Shown here: positions 51,503 to 64,000 of the stretch, one piece after another
How positions within the stretch are numbered: the stretch's first letter is position 1
How the letters are laid out: the number at the start of each line of letters is the position of its first letter
Origin: Octopus vulgaris
Lineage: Eukaryota
NCBI GenBank assembly: GCA_951406725.2
Contig: OX597820.1
Span: 46,748,001-46,812,000 of the forward strand
Length of the DNA stretch: 64,000 nt
Direction of reading: 5' to 3'
Notes under the pieces: model-generated
Told to the model about the DNA's origin: nothing
What the model saw: the letters and a program-made list of their open reading frames with translations, nothing else
Database searches by the model: none
Position numbers and translations under genes: made by a program

Positions 51503-51535
51503 CTAGCAGAGTTACCCGGCGTTGCCCGAGTAACA
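51503..51535 (-). mobile_element. Helitron-like 3' terminus
   Basis: Minus strand ttactcgggcaacgccgggtaa hairpin followed by ctctgCTAG; the 5' end was not located. Confidence 0.5.
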
Positions 51536-52788
51536 TACAATTGAAGAATTAGACTTTTCTGTTGTATTTTCTGTAATGAACTGGAATACCTATGTTTCGA
51601 ATTTCATCAAAATTGCAGATGAGGGTTATTTCCCTCATTACACACCTAAACAAAATTGTAATCGTGCCACATGTATCTCATACTACTGATTTTTATCCGC
51701 AGATTCCAAAATTCCTGTCTTATAAAACCTGTTAAAAGTATTTTGCTCCTGAAAATGAAGGTCATGGAGCTCTAAAATGTGAGAGTTAACGCCCCTATTG
51801 GGGGTGGGTATCTTAATGTCAACCAGAGAATTTGAATTGTTGAGAATCTTTTTAACTTGGGTCTTACATCTATTGTTTGTATTTCTTTGAAATAGGAAAT
51901 ATATGTTCACTAGGTTTGTAAAAGAGAGCAAAGCTACAGGAAACCAAAAGACGAATGATCACAATAAGCAGTCAGTTACCCTACCCTAGTCGTTACCACT
52001 CCCAATGTAGGATTCCTCACCGTCCAGGTAGCAGGCACCGCCGTAAGATGCATTACGAATCTATAGCAATTGGAAGGGCGTGACCCAACTGAAATAAACA
52101 TTAACATCTGTGTGACGTGAGGGCTAAGGAGAAATGAAAGTGTCACCTCTGGAGTTTGCAAATGACCTCTATACTGATACGTAACTGGACAGAATAAATT
52201 TACAATCTATAAATGTCTCTGAATAACCAGTCACTCATCTGGGAAGGCCTTCAATCAGTGTTATCATCTGGGGACTATGTGTGAACGGGTGATAATAAAA
52301 AGACTGAAAGGAGGTCTGCAATCAAATAACTTTACTCAAGACTTTGCAACTGAATCAGTGGAGGCAAAAATGCCTCTCATTTACTTGACAATTTATGCAG
52401 CACATTGCAGAAATCACAATGTAAGTGTATGTCAAAGCAAACTCTTACACTGTTGTACCATTGAATTACAAATAATGGTCAACTTTTATGGTCAGGTAAC
52501 CCTACAGTTTCCAAGAGCACAACTGTATTCGTTTTTGCTTAGATAAAATGACAAAATTGTTTCTAACTTGTAAGAAGATGAAATTTTATAAATATTACTT
52601 AATTCGTGTCTAATATCTATGGTTAAAATTTCATCAACAGCAAAGATATATGAATTGTCATGGGGGTTATGGCCCTTATGCATGGAATATAATTTCCAAA
52701 TTTCATAAAAATCCATTCAGTACTTTTGACCTAGTTTTGGATCATAAAAGAAATTACTAAAATTTGGGAGTTAAGGCTCCCATTAGTG

Positions 52789-52933
<145 letters not shown>

Positions 52934-53227
52934 GATATATACACACAAACACACACATACAAAGATAAATTGATAGATACAACTGATTGTGCAAACAAAA
53001 ATATGAGACACAGCCTAGTGCTTTTTTTGTTGATAAGCCTGGTACTTATTCTATTAGTTTTTTCTTGTGAAACCAGTAAGTTGTGTGGATGTAAATAAAC
53101 GAACAGCAGTTGCGAAGCAGTGATGAGGGCGAAACACAGAGACAAAGACACACACATACATTTACATATATACATACATATATACACGACTGATTTGTTC
53201 CAGTTCCTGTCTACGAAATCCATATAT

Positions 53228-55640
53228 ATTGTTGTTGGCATCCTTTTTGTCTCGGGAGACAATGGAGTAGCGCATAAAATAATCTAGCCCAGCTTTTACA
53301 TTTCATGTCCTAATACATCTCCTGCTGTGGCTGTGTAGTCCTATCCTGGACAAACACTCCCTCTGGCAGGTGCCGCAAATGTAGCGAAGATTTTGCTGGC
53401 TGGTTGTAATGTCATAGTTTCTTGTTGATGTCTTTTCTTGTCTTTCCATTTCTCCTCTCTCTCTCTCTCTCTCTATGTCACTCCTTTGTGTTCCCTCTTT
53501 TACGGCACGTCGCCAATCTCCACGGTTGCTGGCAACTGCTTCCCAGTTGGTAATATTGATGTTGCAGGCATTCATGTCCCTTTTGCAAACATCCTTGTAT
53601 CATAAGAACAGTCTTCCCGCAGACCTAGTGCCCCTAGCAAGCTCTCCGTAGAGTATGTCCTTGGGGATTCTGCCATCTTCCATACGGCTAACATGTCCAA
53701 GCCATCTCATACGTCTTTGTGTGAGGAGTGCAAACATACTTGGTATTCCTGCTTGCTTGAGGACATCTTTGTTGGGGACATGATTCTGCCATTTGATGCG
53801 AAGGATTTTCCGGAGGCAGCGCAGGTGAAAGACATTTATGCGACGCTCTTGCGTGTGTATGGCGTCGAAGTCTCACTTCCATACAGTAGAGTGCTAAGTA
53901 CACATGCCTAGTAAATTTTCATTTTGTAGTCATGGTCAGCTTATTGTTGTCCCATGCCCATTTGGAGAGTTGGGCCATCACAGCAGCTGCCTTGCCAATG
54001 CGTATATTGAGCTCAGCATCAAGGGATAGGTTGTAGGTGACGGTAGAGCCAAGATAAGTACACTTCTCCACCTCCTGTAGTCTGTGATCTCCAATATGTA
54101 TATTTGGGATGTCTGATGTAGCCCGACCAAAGATGTTGGTCTTCTTGAGGCTGATAACTAAGCCAAAGTCGCTACATACTTGCTCAAAACAGTTGATGAG
54201 CCTTTGTAGGGCTTCTTCTGTGTGTGATACCAGAGCGGCATCATCAGCAAATAGCATCTCCTTGATCAGGACGCTTCTGATTTTGGTCTTGGCACGCAGA
54301 CGCGAGAGATTGAACAGTTTCCCGTCACTTATACTGTGCAGAAACACTCCATCATCTGATATCTCAAAGGCATGTGACAGCAGCAGCGAGAAGACGATGC
54401 CAAATAATGTAGGAGCAAGGACACAATCTTGCTTTACCCCGTTTTTTTATTTGGAAGGCGGCTGATGTTGAATCATTGTGCTGTATGCTGCCTTGCATAT
54501 CATCATGGAAAGATTTGATGATCCTCAGCAGCTTTGGTGGACATCCGATTTTTTGGAGCAGGATGAAAAGGCCTTTTCTACTAACCAAGTCAAAGGCCTT
54601 TGTCCTATCAATGAAGGTCATATATAATGGCATTTCCTGCTCTCTGGACTTGTCCTGAAGTTGGCGTAGGGAGAATATCATGTCAACAGTTGATCTGCTT
54701 GTTCTAAAGCCACACTGCGATTCTGGATAAATTCGAGAGGCAAGCAGTTGTAGCCTCGACAGGATAACGCGAGCGAAGGTCTTTCCAACAGTGCTTAGAA
54801 GAGATATTCCGCGATATTTGTTACAATCACCACGGTCACCTTTGTTTTTGTAAAGCGTAATGATGTTAGCATTCCGCATATCCTGAGGGACTGTACCCTC
54901 TTCCCAGCACTGACACAGAAGCTCATGAACGTACCGAAGAAGGATGGTTTTTTTTGCCAGTGTTGATGATCTAAGGGGATGCCGTCTTTTCTCGGAGCCT
55001 TGTTACTTGCTAGGGAGTCAATAGCCTTGGTGAGCTCGGCTATAGATGGCAGACTGTCAAGTTCGCACATGACTGGCAAGATCTTGACACCCTCGATTGC
55101 AGCCTCAGCTACCGTGGTCTCCCGTGAGTAGAGATCCTGGTAGTACTCCACCCATCTATCCATTTGCTTGCTTTGGTCCTTGATGAGATCTCCAGTAGTG
55201 GATTTCAGACGGACTGACTTGGTTGCGGATGGACCGAGAGCCTTCTTCAAACCGGCATACATCCCATGGGTGTCGCCACTGTCAGCAGCTGACTGGATAC
55301 TCTGACAGATTTCCTGCCAATTTTGCACAGCGTCTGACAGTCAGTTGGGTTTTATTTCTTGCCTTTCTGAGTTCTTCGAGTGACTTTGTCGAAGAATCAC
55401 TCTTTTATTGCATCAGAGCTGCACGTTTTGCTTCAATAACTGTTTCCAGCTCTGAGAGCCCAGCACTGAACCAATCTGGGTTTTGCCTTTCTCTCATGCC
55501 GAAAGTATCTATTGATGTGGTATACAAAGCTTCCCTGATATAATTCCACCTACTTTCAGCAGATGAGGTTGGGTAGCTACTGAGGGCAACCTTGATAGAA
55601 ACAGCAAAACATTTTCGCAGTGTAGGGTCCGAGGTTCTGG
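53228..55640 (-). mobile_element. 5'-truncated RTE/BovB-like LINE (RT and C-terminal zinc finger), frameshifted
   Basis: ITLYKNKGDRGDCNKYRGISLLS, PESQCGFR, DRTKAFDLV, LFADD, YLGS and CGTCQRECLSRIGLHSH; short (CAA) tail; abuts a family B SINE. Confidence 0.95.
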
Positions 55641-55795
55641 CAGAAACGTTAGCACGGAGCTGGTAGAAACGTTAAGCACGCCAGGTGACTACGCAGCCTA
55701 CCGGCAAACAGGAAGGGTACATGTATTGAGTATGTGTGACCGATAATGTTTGCGACACTAGCGTTGCTCCTAATTCATATTTGAACAGTATATTG

Positions 55796-56402
55796 GGATC
55801 TTTTCGGTTTGACCGGCAGTTTTTAAAAATAATTTCCACGTAACTAAACACTTTTAAACTTAGTATACTGGTAGAATGTGTTTATAAAACATCTTTTTCT
55901 CTTGGCTTTATTGAGAAAATTTTATAGTTTGTAAGATATTTGTTTTTCTTCTTCAATTTCTGCAATTTCAACCAATCAATGACGTCGGATCTTTTCCTTT
56001 TGAACGGCACTTTTCAACACAATTTCTAGTTAACTAAACACTTTTAAACTTCGTATACTGGTAGAATGTGTTTATAAAACATCATTTTTTCTTGGCTTTA
56101 TTGAGAAAATTCTATATGTTGTAACATATTCCGTCTTTAATTTCGAGCATTTCGGCAATTTTAACCAATCCCTGACCTCCATTTTAGTAAATAACATTCT
56201 GTGCATAATGAATATGGGTTTATTTACATTTGTGAAGAAAAAAGATACCCTTCTCCCACCCCTAACCCTAACCCTAACCCTAACTCTAACCCTAAATCTA
56301 AAATAGATTGAAATGCAATAGATCGATACTAGGGTCATAATTATGGATGACAATTTCATATGACACCGCTAGAAAAAACTGCCGGTCAAACCGAAAAGAT
56401 CC
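55796..56402. mobile_element. Merlin-like TTAGGG-bearing MITE with a duplicated left end
   Basis: TIRs ggatcttttcggtttgaccggcag / ctgccggtcaaaccgaaaagatcc; 8-bp TSD gtatattg; (CCCTAA)n at about 56259-56296; second internal terminus at 55987. Confidence 0.88.
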
Positions 56403-57417
56403 GTATATTGTGATAAAGAGTTCAATGACACGAAATTAACAAAAATGCAACAATTCACATTTTCTTCCCCCCCATCCCCACCCCCACCCCACTTGAAAAT
56501 GGCAGCACATGATATGAATTGGTTAAGAAGTATCTTACGTTCTCTACGTCACTTCCAGCAACGTTAGCAACTGTTGCTATTAGATACGACGGCTGACAAA
56601 CTGTTTATTTATTGAAATGTTATAACCATCGTCGATATCAAGTCAGAATGGCTTTAAACTTGTAGTAACAGCATACTTAAAAGCGAAGTGTTCTGAGTAT
56701 TGGAAGTTGTCTGAGCAAGTTTCCAAAGTCATTTCCTCTTCTTTGGTCTGATTACATCGCTACTTTCCCCACCCCCTCTCTTGCTCTTCTCAATGTCTAC
56801 TTTCTCACTCACTCCTCTCCCTCTCTCGCTGACTCCGTGTGTCTGTGTGTGTGCGCTCACGCGTGTATTTTTACCCGTCATATATCCTGATCCTTCGTTT
56901 TTTTGTTGTTTTTTTTAAGTCTCCCCCTCTCTCGTTTTGTCTCTATCTAGCTGTTCCTCTTGCTATTTCATACACACACACACACAGTTACAATGCACAC
57001 ATACACAGTTACAATGCACACATACACATTCACTCTTCCCCCAGCTCCCTCGCTCTTTCTACTTCTTTACTATCATACATATCCTAATTCCTTTCTGTCT
57101 TATATAAAACCCCTAGCCATGGCGAAATTTGTCTCTCCTTCTCTCTCACTTGTTCGCTCTTTCTCATTCTCTTTCTCTCTCGAACACGCGCACACTCACT
57201 CACACATATACACACGCACGCACACATACTTACACACACTCTCCATTTGTCTAACATTCACTCTGTTACTCTTCGTCTGTTTCTACTATCCCTTCATCGT
57301 CTGCTCATTGAAAAAAAAAACTTCCTCTTTCTCTCCCACTCTTAGTCTTCTCTAACCTTTGTCAGTCCATCAACATCGGATCTCCTCTGAGTTTTCTCTA
57401 CCCTGAACATGTACGCG

Positions 57418-57462
<45 letters not shown>

Positions 57463-57534
57463 TTCTACCTTTTCTACCTTTTCTACTTTTCTACCTCATT
57501 TGTTAGCACTGTGCTTTTACTTTATCCCACTTTC

Positions 57535-57942
57535 GGATCTTTTCGGTTTGACCGGCAGTTTTTTCTAGCGGTGTCATGAAATTGTCACCCATAATTATGA
57601 CCCTAGTATCGATCTATTGCATTTCAATCTGTTTTAGGGTTAGAGTTAGGGTTAGTTAGGGTTAGGGGTGGGGGGAAGGGTAACTTTTTTTCTTCAGAAA
57701 TGTAAATAGACCCAATCTGTTTCTTAAACGAGGGACATACATATATAGACGTCATTGATTGGTTGAAATTGCAGAAATTGAAGAAAAAACAACAACAAAT
57801 ATCTCACAAGCTATAGAATTTTCTCAATAAGGCCAAGAGAAAAAGATGTAATATAAACACATTCTACCACTATACGAAGTTTAAAAGTGTTTAGTTACGT
57901 GGAAATTATTTTAAAAAACTGCCGGTCAAACCGAAAAGATCC
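57535..57942. mobile_element. Merlin-like TTAGGG-bearing MITE
   Basis: Same TIRs; TSD ccactttc/tcactttc; ttagggttagagttagggttagttagggttagggg at about 57634-57668. Confidence 0.88.
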
Positions 57943-58469
57943 TCACTTTCTTCTTAATGTTGTTTCCCCTGCTGTATTTTCTTTGTCCTCCTCAACACAC
58001 TCTGTCTCACTTTATCAGCTGGTCTCTTATTCAGAATCCTTTTTAGTGGGTTTCGTCATTAAAAATCGTCGTTGTTAGTTCACAATCTTAGGTAGGCTGC
58101 GTGTGAAGGTATGAACGACCATACTTATATCTATGTGACACATTTGTGGTAAAAGGAAGACCGGAAGGAGTGGGGAGAGATGACGTCACGTCGGCGAGTG
58201 AGAAGAAACGTTCCCTCTTTTTCATGCCGTCAGCGATTGAGAGAAGACGTGGCGAAGAGAGGTCGTGACAACACGTCTTAACAATTGAACAATCTGCCGG
58301 CGGTACCCGATTGCATGTCGAGGTATGACTGACTTTATCTACGTACCTCCAAACCAAAAGCCGTTTCGGCACGTTGTTACCAGCTGTGAGGATAGATACG
58401 TCCGAGAAGTGGATTTTTATATTTTTATATTGCTTTTGTTCTTCCACTTTTCTTTTTCCAATGGCCACA

Positions 58470-60750
58470 TAAATCAGAGTCGGTAGTGATGTGATGAGAC
58501 TGTTCACTAAGGAAGGCGATGTGGTGGCCTGGATAAAGATGTGACTGGTGGCGAAGCTGCAGTGAATAGATGTGGCTAGACTTATGCCGTTGTACTTAGA
58601 AAGCAGTGCGCTGAATCTCTACCTGGAGATGGATGAGGCGGACCAAGAGAAAGCGGGAAAAATTGAAGAGCGGCTGAAAGACGCGAACACGGAGGGGACT
58701 TTTAAAGCCTACAACAAGCTCGGGAGAGTGAGATGGCCGGCGAGCAGATAGACGATCACGTGAGCGAGATTAATAGATTGGTGGGCCTAGCAGGGTTTAC
58801 TGGAGCAGCGATGGAGCGGGTGGTGAAGTTGGCTTTTGTGACCGGCTTCCCCAACCATATCTCTGTACGTCTACAGCAGATGCTGGACATCGAAACTATA
58901 TCAGTAGGAGAGGTGATCGACAAATCGCGGGTGTTGTCGCAAAGCGACACTCGCGACGTAGAAGCCACAGTGCCGACGGATACGAGCGGGACGAAGAGGC
59001 AGGCAGCAAACGACAGCAACTGTCTAGCGAGGCGAACGGCCCTGGGACCATGCCTCAGATGTCGATGCCCGTACAGGGTCAGGGAGTGCACAGAACCGAA
59101 GTCAACGGTGGTATGTTTCCAATGCGGCCACCCTGGGCACATAGTGAATAACTGCTGCCGGGAAACAAAGAAGAGTTACTGCGCCGTTAGTTCCCTCCAT
59201 GACCAACTGAAGGCGCATCACCGAACGTTGCTTGCAGTAAGGTTTATGGTGGGTGTGAGGGAAGCACGAACCCTCGTGGATACGGGTTGCACAAGAATCC
59301 TGGTGACCGCAAGAATGATCGAGAGCTGAAGAAAAAACATCAGGCTCAGAGAGATAGATGATAGGGAGGTCAAATGTAGGGGTGTCAACGACGTGAAAAT
59401 GGAAATACAGGGTTCGTGTTGAGGCTGCAGTTGATTGTAGTTGATGAGGTGGTGGACAGCGTCGACGTAGTGATCGAATGAACGTGATCACACGATTGAG
59501 CGGTGTGACGGTTAGCGGGCAGGAGTAAAGTTTGGTGACCGATGTCCTGCGTGCTATTAGTGTGGAGCGGAGGAAGAAAACTGTAGGAGTGATGGATTAC
59601 TGAAACAGAGAGGGTCTTCCATCGTCACAGTTAAAGACGACGACTTCCGTGCTGAGTTCGACGGCGAAAGACGGACGGCGGAGCACTTCTTGAAAGGAGA
59701 ACCTCCCGTACTGAGAAACAAGGTGAGCTGCAACGAGCACAGCCTAAAAGGAGAAGCCAAGTTTGAGTTCGAGACAGAGGTGAACTGGTGGATAGAGGAG
59801 GGCATCTTGATGCCAGGGAGTGAGGAGACGAAGGGCGGTGTGCTGCCGTTGATGGCTGTGTTTCAGACGACAAAGAATAAGATTCTACCGGTGCTAGACT
59901 TCAGGGAACTGAATGAATATGTGTCCTGTTATATGGATGGTGTGACACCAAACGTGTGTGAAGAAACCTTTCGTGAGTGGAGGCGAATGGGGGTGGGACG
60001 ACTACGATCATCGACCTCAAGTCAGCCTATCTGCAGCTCCATGTATCAGAGAAGTTGTGGAAGTACCAACTAGTGAGCTACAGGGGCAGAACGTACTGTC
60101 TGTCTCGACTGGGTTTCAGCCTGAGTTCAGCGACGGTCCTCAAGGTGGCTTTCGGCAAAGAGGTCAAAGTGGAGCAGGCTACCAGTTCATATATCGACAA
60201 TATCTTGGTAGATGAGAATGTGACATCGGCAGAGGAAATCGCGGGCTATCTTTGGAGGTTCGGGCTGACAACAAAACCGTCGGAGGCTATAGAAGGAGGT
60301 ACGGCGCTGGGATTCAGGATCGAAAGAGACAAAGTGTGTTCCGCAGCAGCTAGAGTTGGAAGGGATTACATCTGTGCAGGCTGGAGACGAAGTGTTGGTG
60401 AAGCCCCTGAACAAACCTCGAGTTTAACAAGTGCAGATTCCGAAGAGATGTGGTTGGAGACTGATGACAAATACACTTTCAACGAAAGATATCTCAAAGT
60501 ACACTTAACTGATATGGGGCAGAGACAGTGGCATAACTATGGGTGAAGGTGAGGGTGACAGGAGGCAGTCTATCACCCGGGCGACACTTTTGTGGAGGAG
60601 TCACTTCTGGATCTGGAGGCGTTTCCATCATCCGAGTGACACTTTTATGGAGGCGGCACTTTTGGGTCTGCTGTATAGACTGTGGGGCCCAGGGGTGGCA
60701 AACTCAGGGCTACCTCAGGCAGTACACATTCTAGCGTGTTGCTAGAGCGT
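58470..60750 (+). mobile_element. Decayed Ty3/Gypsy LTR retrotransposon (gag, protease, RT; RNase H and integrase largely deleted)
   Basis: gag-like LMPLYLESSALNLYLEM, CCHC knuckle CFQCGHPGHIVNNC, protease LVDTGC, RT KILPVLDFRELN, IDLKSAYLQL and SYIDNIL; several frameshifts. Confidence 0.9.
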
Positions 60751-62075
60751 TAGGCTGGAAGAAATCGAATAGACTAGCGCCAGAGAACAAGAAGCGTATG
60801 TAGAGGGGTGGGGTACTCGAGGAAGAAAACGTCTTCATGAACTGTGTAAGAATTCCAAAATCTCGATGTCAACATTCTCGGCCATCAGAAAGATGTCATT
60901 TCTTGAAAATGTTGGGAGTGAAGACTATAAATTCCGAGACTAAATCCCGTAAAGAATGTAAAAGTCTTTTTGACATATTGTGGGATAAAAAAAAATACTG
61001 GTTTTAAGTAACCTGTTGGTTTGGATCCATGCAAATAATCATCTAGAGGTGTGGAAGAACGTTTCTTCTCAGTTGTTCGATGGACTTAGCATCGAAAAAC
61101 AGAGAGAAAAAAAGACGAACTTCCCCCTTCGATGTCACAATTGCTGAATTTGGTGTTAACCGCCGTCTTCTTTCCATTACGTGTCACAACAGCCACCATC
61201 CATCCAAATGGAAACATTTGGATTTGGTAGCCGACACTGACCGTCCCATATTTTTTGAAAATTCAGTCGATTATCTTCTTTCGTTCCTGGTAATGTTAAT
61301 AAAGTGCCTGCATGCATAGTTTGTATTCGTACATGTTTTTACTTGAAAAAGATCAAATATCACTTTCGTCACAAATATTATCTGAAGCCGACAACAGCTC
61401 TCGAAACCAACGTCATTTCACCTCTGACATTTAACGTAAAGGGCATTCTTACTTCGGCGACACAATTTCCTTTTGAAGTTTCCGCCGTCGCCTTCTTGAG
61501 ATTTGAAGCCGATTGACATTTGTAGCGATTGCTTTTGAATTTGCCTTCGACTTGAAATAAGAAATACTTTGTGAGGTTTTAAACTATTCATTTTGTCGTT
61601 TTAGAGAAGTAAATGAACAAGTTTCTTTTGTGATTATACGAAGAGTTGACAAGTAGAACAAGAAGAAAATCTGTTATCTCTCTATATATAAAAGTTTGCA
61701 GAGATCCTCCCTTCGGGAATACAGTTGATAAGCTTTGACTGGGGTAGATCCCTGAAGGAAGCTAGTCGCCGGAGTAAGGATGTACCTTAGCATAAATGTC
61801 AGAGGTGAAATTACGTCAGCTTCAAGGGTAGATAGGTAAACTCGGCTTCTGATAACATTTGTAATGTAAGTGATATTTGATCTGTTACAAGTAAAGACAT
61901 GTATAGCACAAAGGACTCATACAGGCAGTGGAGTGATATTACCAGAAAAAAGATAACCGAATTTTAAATATAATCGGACGAACAGTGTCGCTACCGGATT
62001 CAAATAGGGAAAGGTAGCGGAAGAGACATGCTAGCAGATGAGGGAGTGATAGAGTGAACGGCTGTATCTCTGTTT

Positions 62076-62462
62076 GTGGAGGCGCAATGGCCCAGTGGTT
62101 AGGGCAGCGGACTCGCGGTCGTAGGATCGCGGTTTCGATTCCCAGACCGGGCGTTGTGAGTGTTTATTGAGCGAAAACACCTAAAAGCTCCACGAGGCTC
62201 CGGCAGGGATAATGGTGATCCCTGCTGTACTCTTTCACCACAACTTTCTCTCACTCTTACTTCCTGTTTCTGTTGTACCTGTATTTCAAAGGGCCGGCCT
62301 TGTCACTCTCTGTGTCACGCTGAATATCCCCGAGAACTACGTTAAGGGTACACGTGTCTGTGGAGTGCTCAGCCACTTACACGTTAATTTCACGAGCAGG
62401 CTGTTCCGTTGATCGGATCAACCGGAACCCTCATCGTCGTAACCGACGGAGTGCTTCCATCC
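62076..62462 (+). mobile_element. SINE family C variant with a different 3' tail
   Basis: Intact tRNA-like head gtggaggcgcaatggcccagtggttagggcagcggactcgcggtc...ggtttcgattccc; ccat tail; TSD atctctgtttgt. Confidence 0.88.
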
Positions 62463-64000
62463 ATCTCTGTTTGTAAAGCAACACTGTAAAGAAACCTGAG
62501 GCACAACGTAATAAATCTTACTATTGAGACATTTACTTTTCTTTCTGCTCGATAGAGAAACGTTTGTCGACATTTACAGCGACTGGGAAAGCTCTACAAA
62601 CGGTCACTCGCCCATCTAGAAATAGCTGCTAAATTACACCCTACTACCTTTGATCATAGCACTGTTCGATTGGAGTTTACTTGAAGCTAATCAACAACAA
62701 CAACAACAATGAAGTAAACTCTGTTGTAGGTACTCAAAGATCTGTGTTGCTTATTTCAGTCTTCATCGGGTAAATCTGCAGAAAATTTAAAAGGTATTTC
62801 GCAAATATAACAACGAAAATTGGTCGTATATAATTTTCTTTTATTTTCTTATTTACAAACGGTGGGTTTTACTGCTATTACAAAGCAACAATAATTCCAC
62901 AGCAAATTGTTTTGAGAATTAAGGTTAAATATAGAATTGAAACATGGAAAAATCTAGAATTAATTTGCAACAGTTTACGTGAATGTAAATGTTAGATAAT
63001 TTATGTTGTAGAAATGTTAGATACGATGTTCATAGATATTGTCTTCATGTCGATCGGATAATGTATATAGTAAAATTTAATATGTACAAACAGGTCGTCA
63101 GGAAAGTAAAATAAACGTGCATGAATTTACTGTTTGAAATTCTGTAGAGGCTATGCCGCGGTAGAAGTTAACTGCTATCCTGAAAGAGTGAAATGCGAGC
63201 AAAATAAAATCTGACTCATGATTGCTACCATAATAAATCGCCAGAAACAGAGATTTGCTTGTGTCTAGCGAATGCGACCAAGGGAGAAACAGGGAGATAT
63301 TTAATTTTCACGTGATTTCGAAGAAAATTAGCTCCAAAGTCTACGTGTCTCTGATTCGCTAAAGCAGAATATGTAACAACATTGGCTGTTAAAATGGAGT
63401 CGGAGTAGACCTATGATGAAAGCTATTAAATAGTGGGATTTTAACATGCTTTAGCTTCTAAGCTGCTATAAATTTTGTTATATACTTTTACAGAATTCCA
63501 ATGGCAGATTCAATTAGCTATGAATATGATGCTATTTAATTGCTTGCCAGTTTATAATTTCTTTTATTTATTATCTGATTGTTTTTGTATAGACACCACA
63601 TAGTACGCCTATTCATGTGTAAGTTATCTTTCTTAGTTTAGTCAGTTTCTCTATTCGACTTTTCCTTCATCGAAGACACAATTGTACATTTCTTAGCTCC
63701 CACTTCTACATAATTTTAGCTCCAAGTTGAGACGTTCAAATAATCCCGATTACTCCTTATACATGCCATCAGGTCATGGGAAGCAGAAGGTGAAATCATT
63801 TGTCGCGCAAAAACTTGAGCTGCACGAAGTAACAATCAAACCTCTAAAACCACACCCTACGTCTTAAAAACGAAAGGGAATCTAGTTTTTTTCATTCGCA
63901 AAATATGCATTTTTTAAAAGGAAGTAAAAAATCTGAAAGTCGGCTATAAAAATGTATAAATTAACCAGTCTTCCTTACTGTCATGGCATTCAGACAATTA

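Noticed and set aside
56259-56296. Telomere or chromosome-fusion relic
   Set aside because: The short tract lies at a fixed position inside a TIR- and TSD-bounded MITE
58146-58281. Candidate 5' LTR of the Gypsy remnant (TG...CA, contains TGACGTCA)
   Set aside because: No matching 3' LTR, clear PBS or TSD found, so it was not annotated
62076-62155. Possible tRNA gene (also at 2090-2167 and 13591-13660)
   Set aside because: The tRNA-like heads continue into SINE bodies, in two cases with tails and TSDs, and a proper acceptor stem is not evident

Overview
AT-rich eukaryotic genomic DNA that is almost saturated with repeats. The SINE families, RTE tails, TTAGGG motif and microsatellite load suggest an octopus (coleoid cephalopod), which is an inference. 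I found no intact long host ORF, and most ORF-track entries are translated microsatellites. Supported content: three abundant tRNA-derived SINE families; decayed retroelements (RTE-type LINEs, a CR1/Jockey-like RT, a CRE-like and two R4/Dong-like RLE fragments, a Penelope GIY-YIG fragment, a Ty3/Gypsy gag-pro-RT remnant); DNA transposon remnants (two mariners, a DD37D/maT, a Tigger/pogo, Helitron and Helentron-like elements); and several MITEs. The most notable observations are: minimal type I hammerhead ribozymes in four Penelope-type families, including a short element that joins a tRNA-like Pol III head to a hammerhead and a family with a shared CUGUGGA core; GG..CC/8-bp-TSD (Merlin-like) MITEs carrying internal TTAGGG repeats; RLE retrotransposon ends inserted in (ACAT)n; and a CpG-decayed domain at about 5.7-31.4 kb containing candidate small host exons. 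Repeat boundaries were read by eye and are approximate unless a TIR or TSD is quoted.
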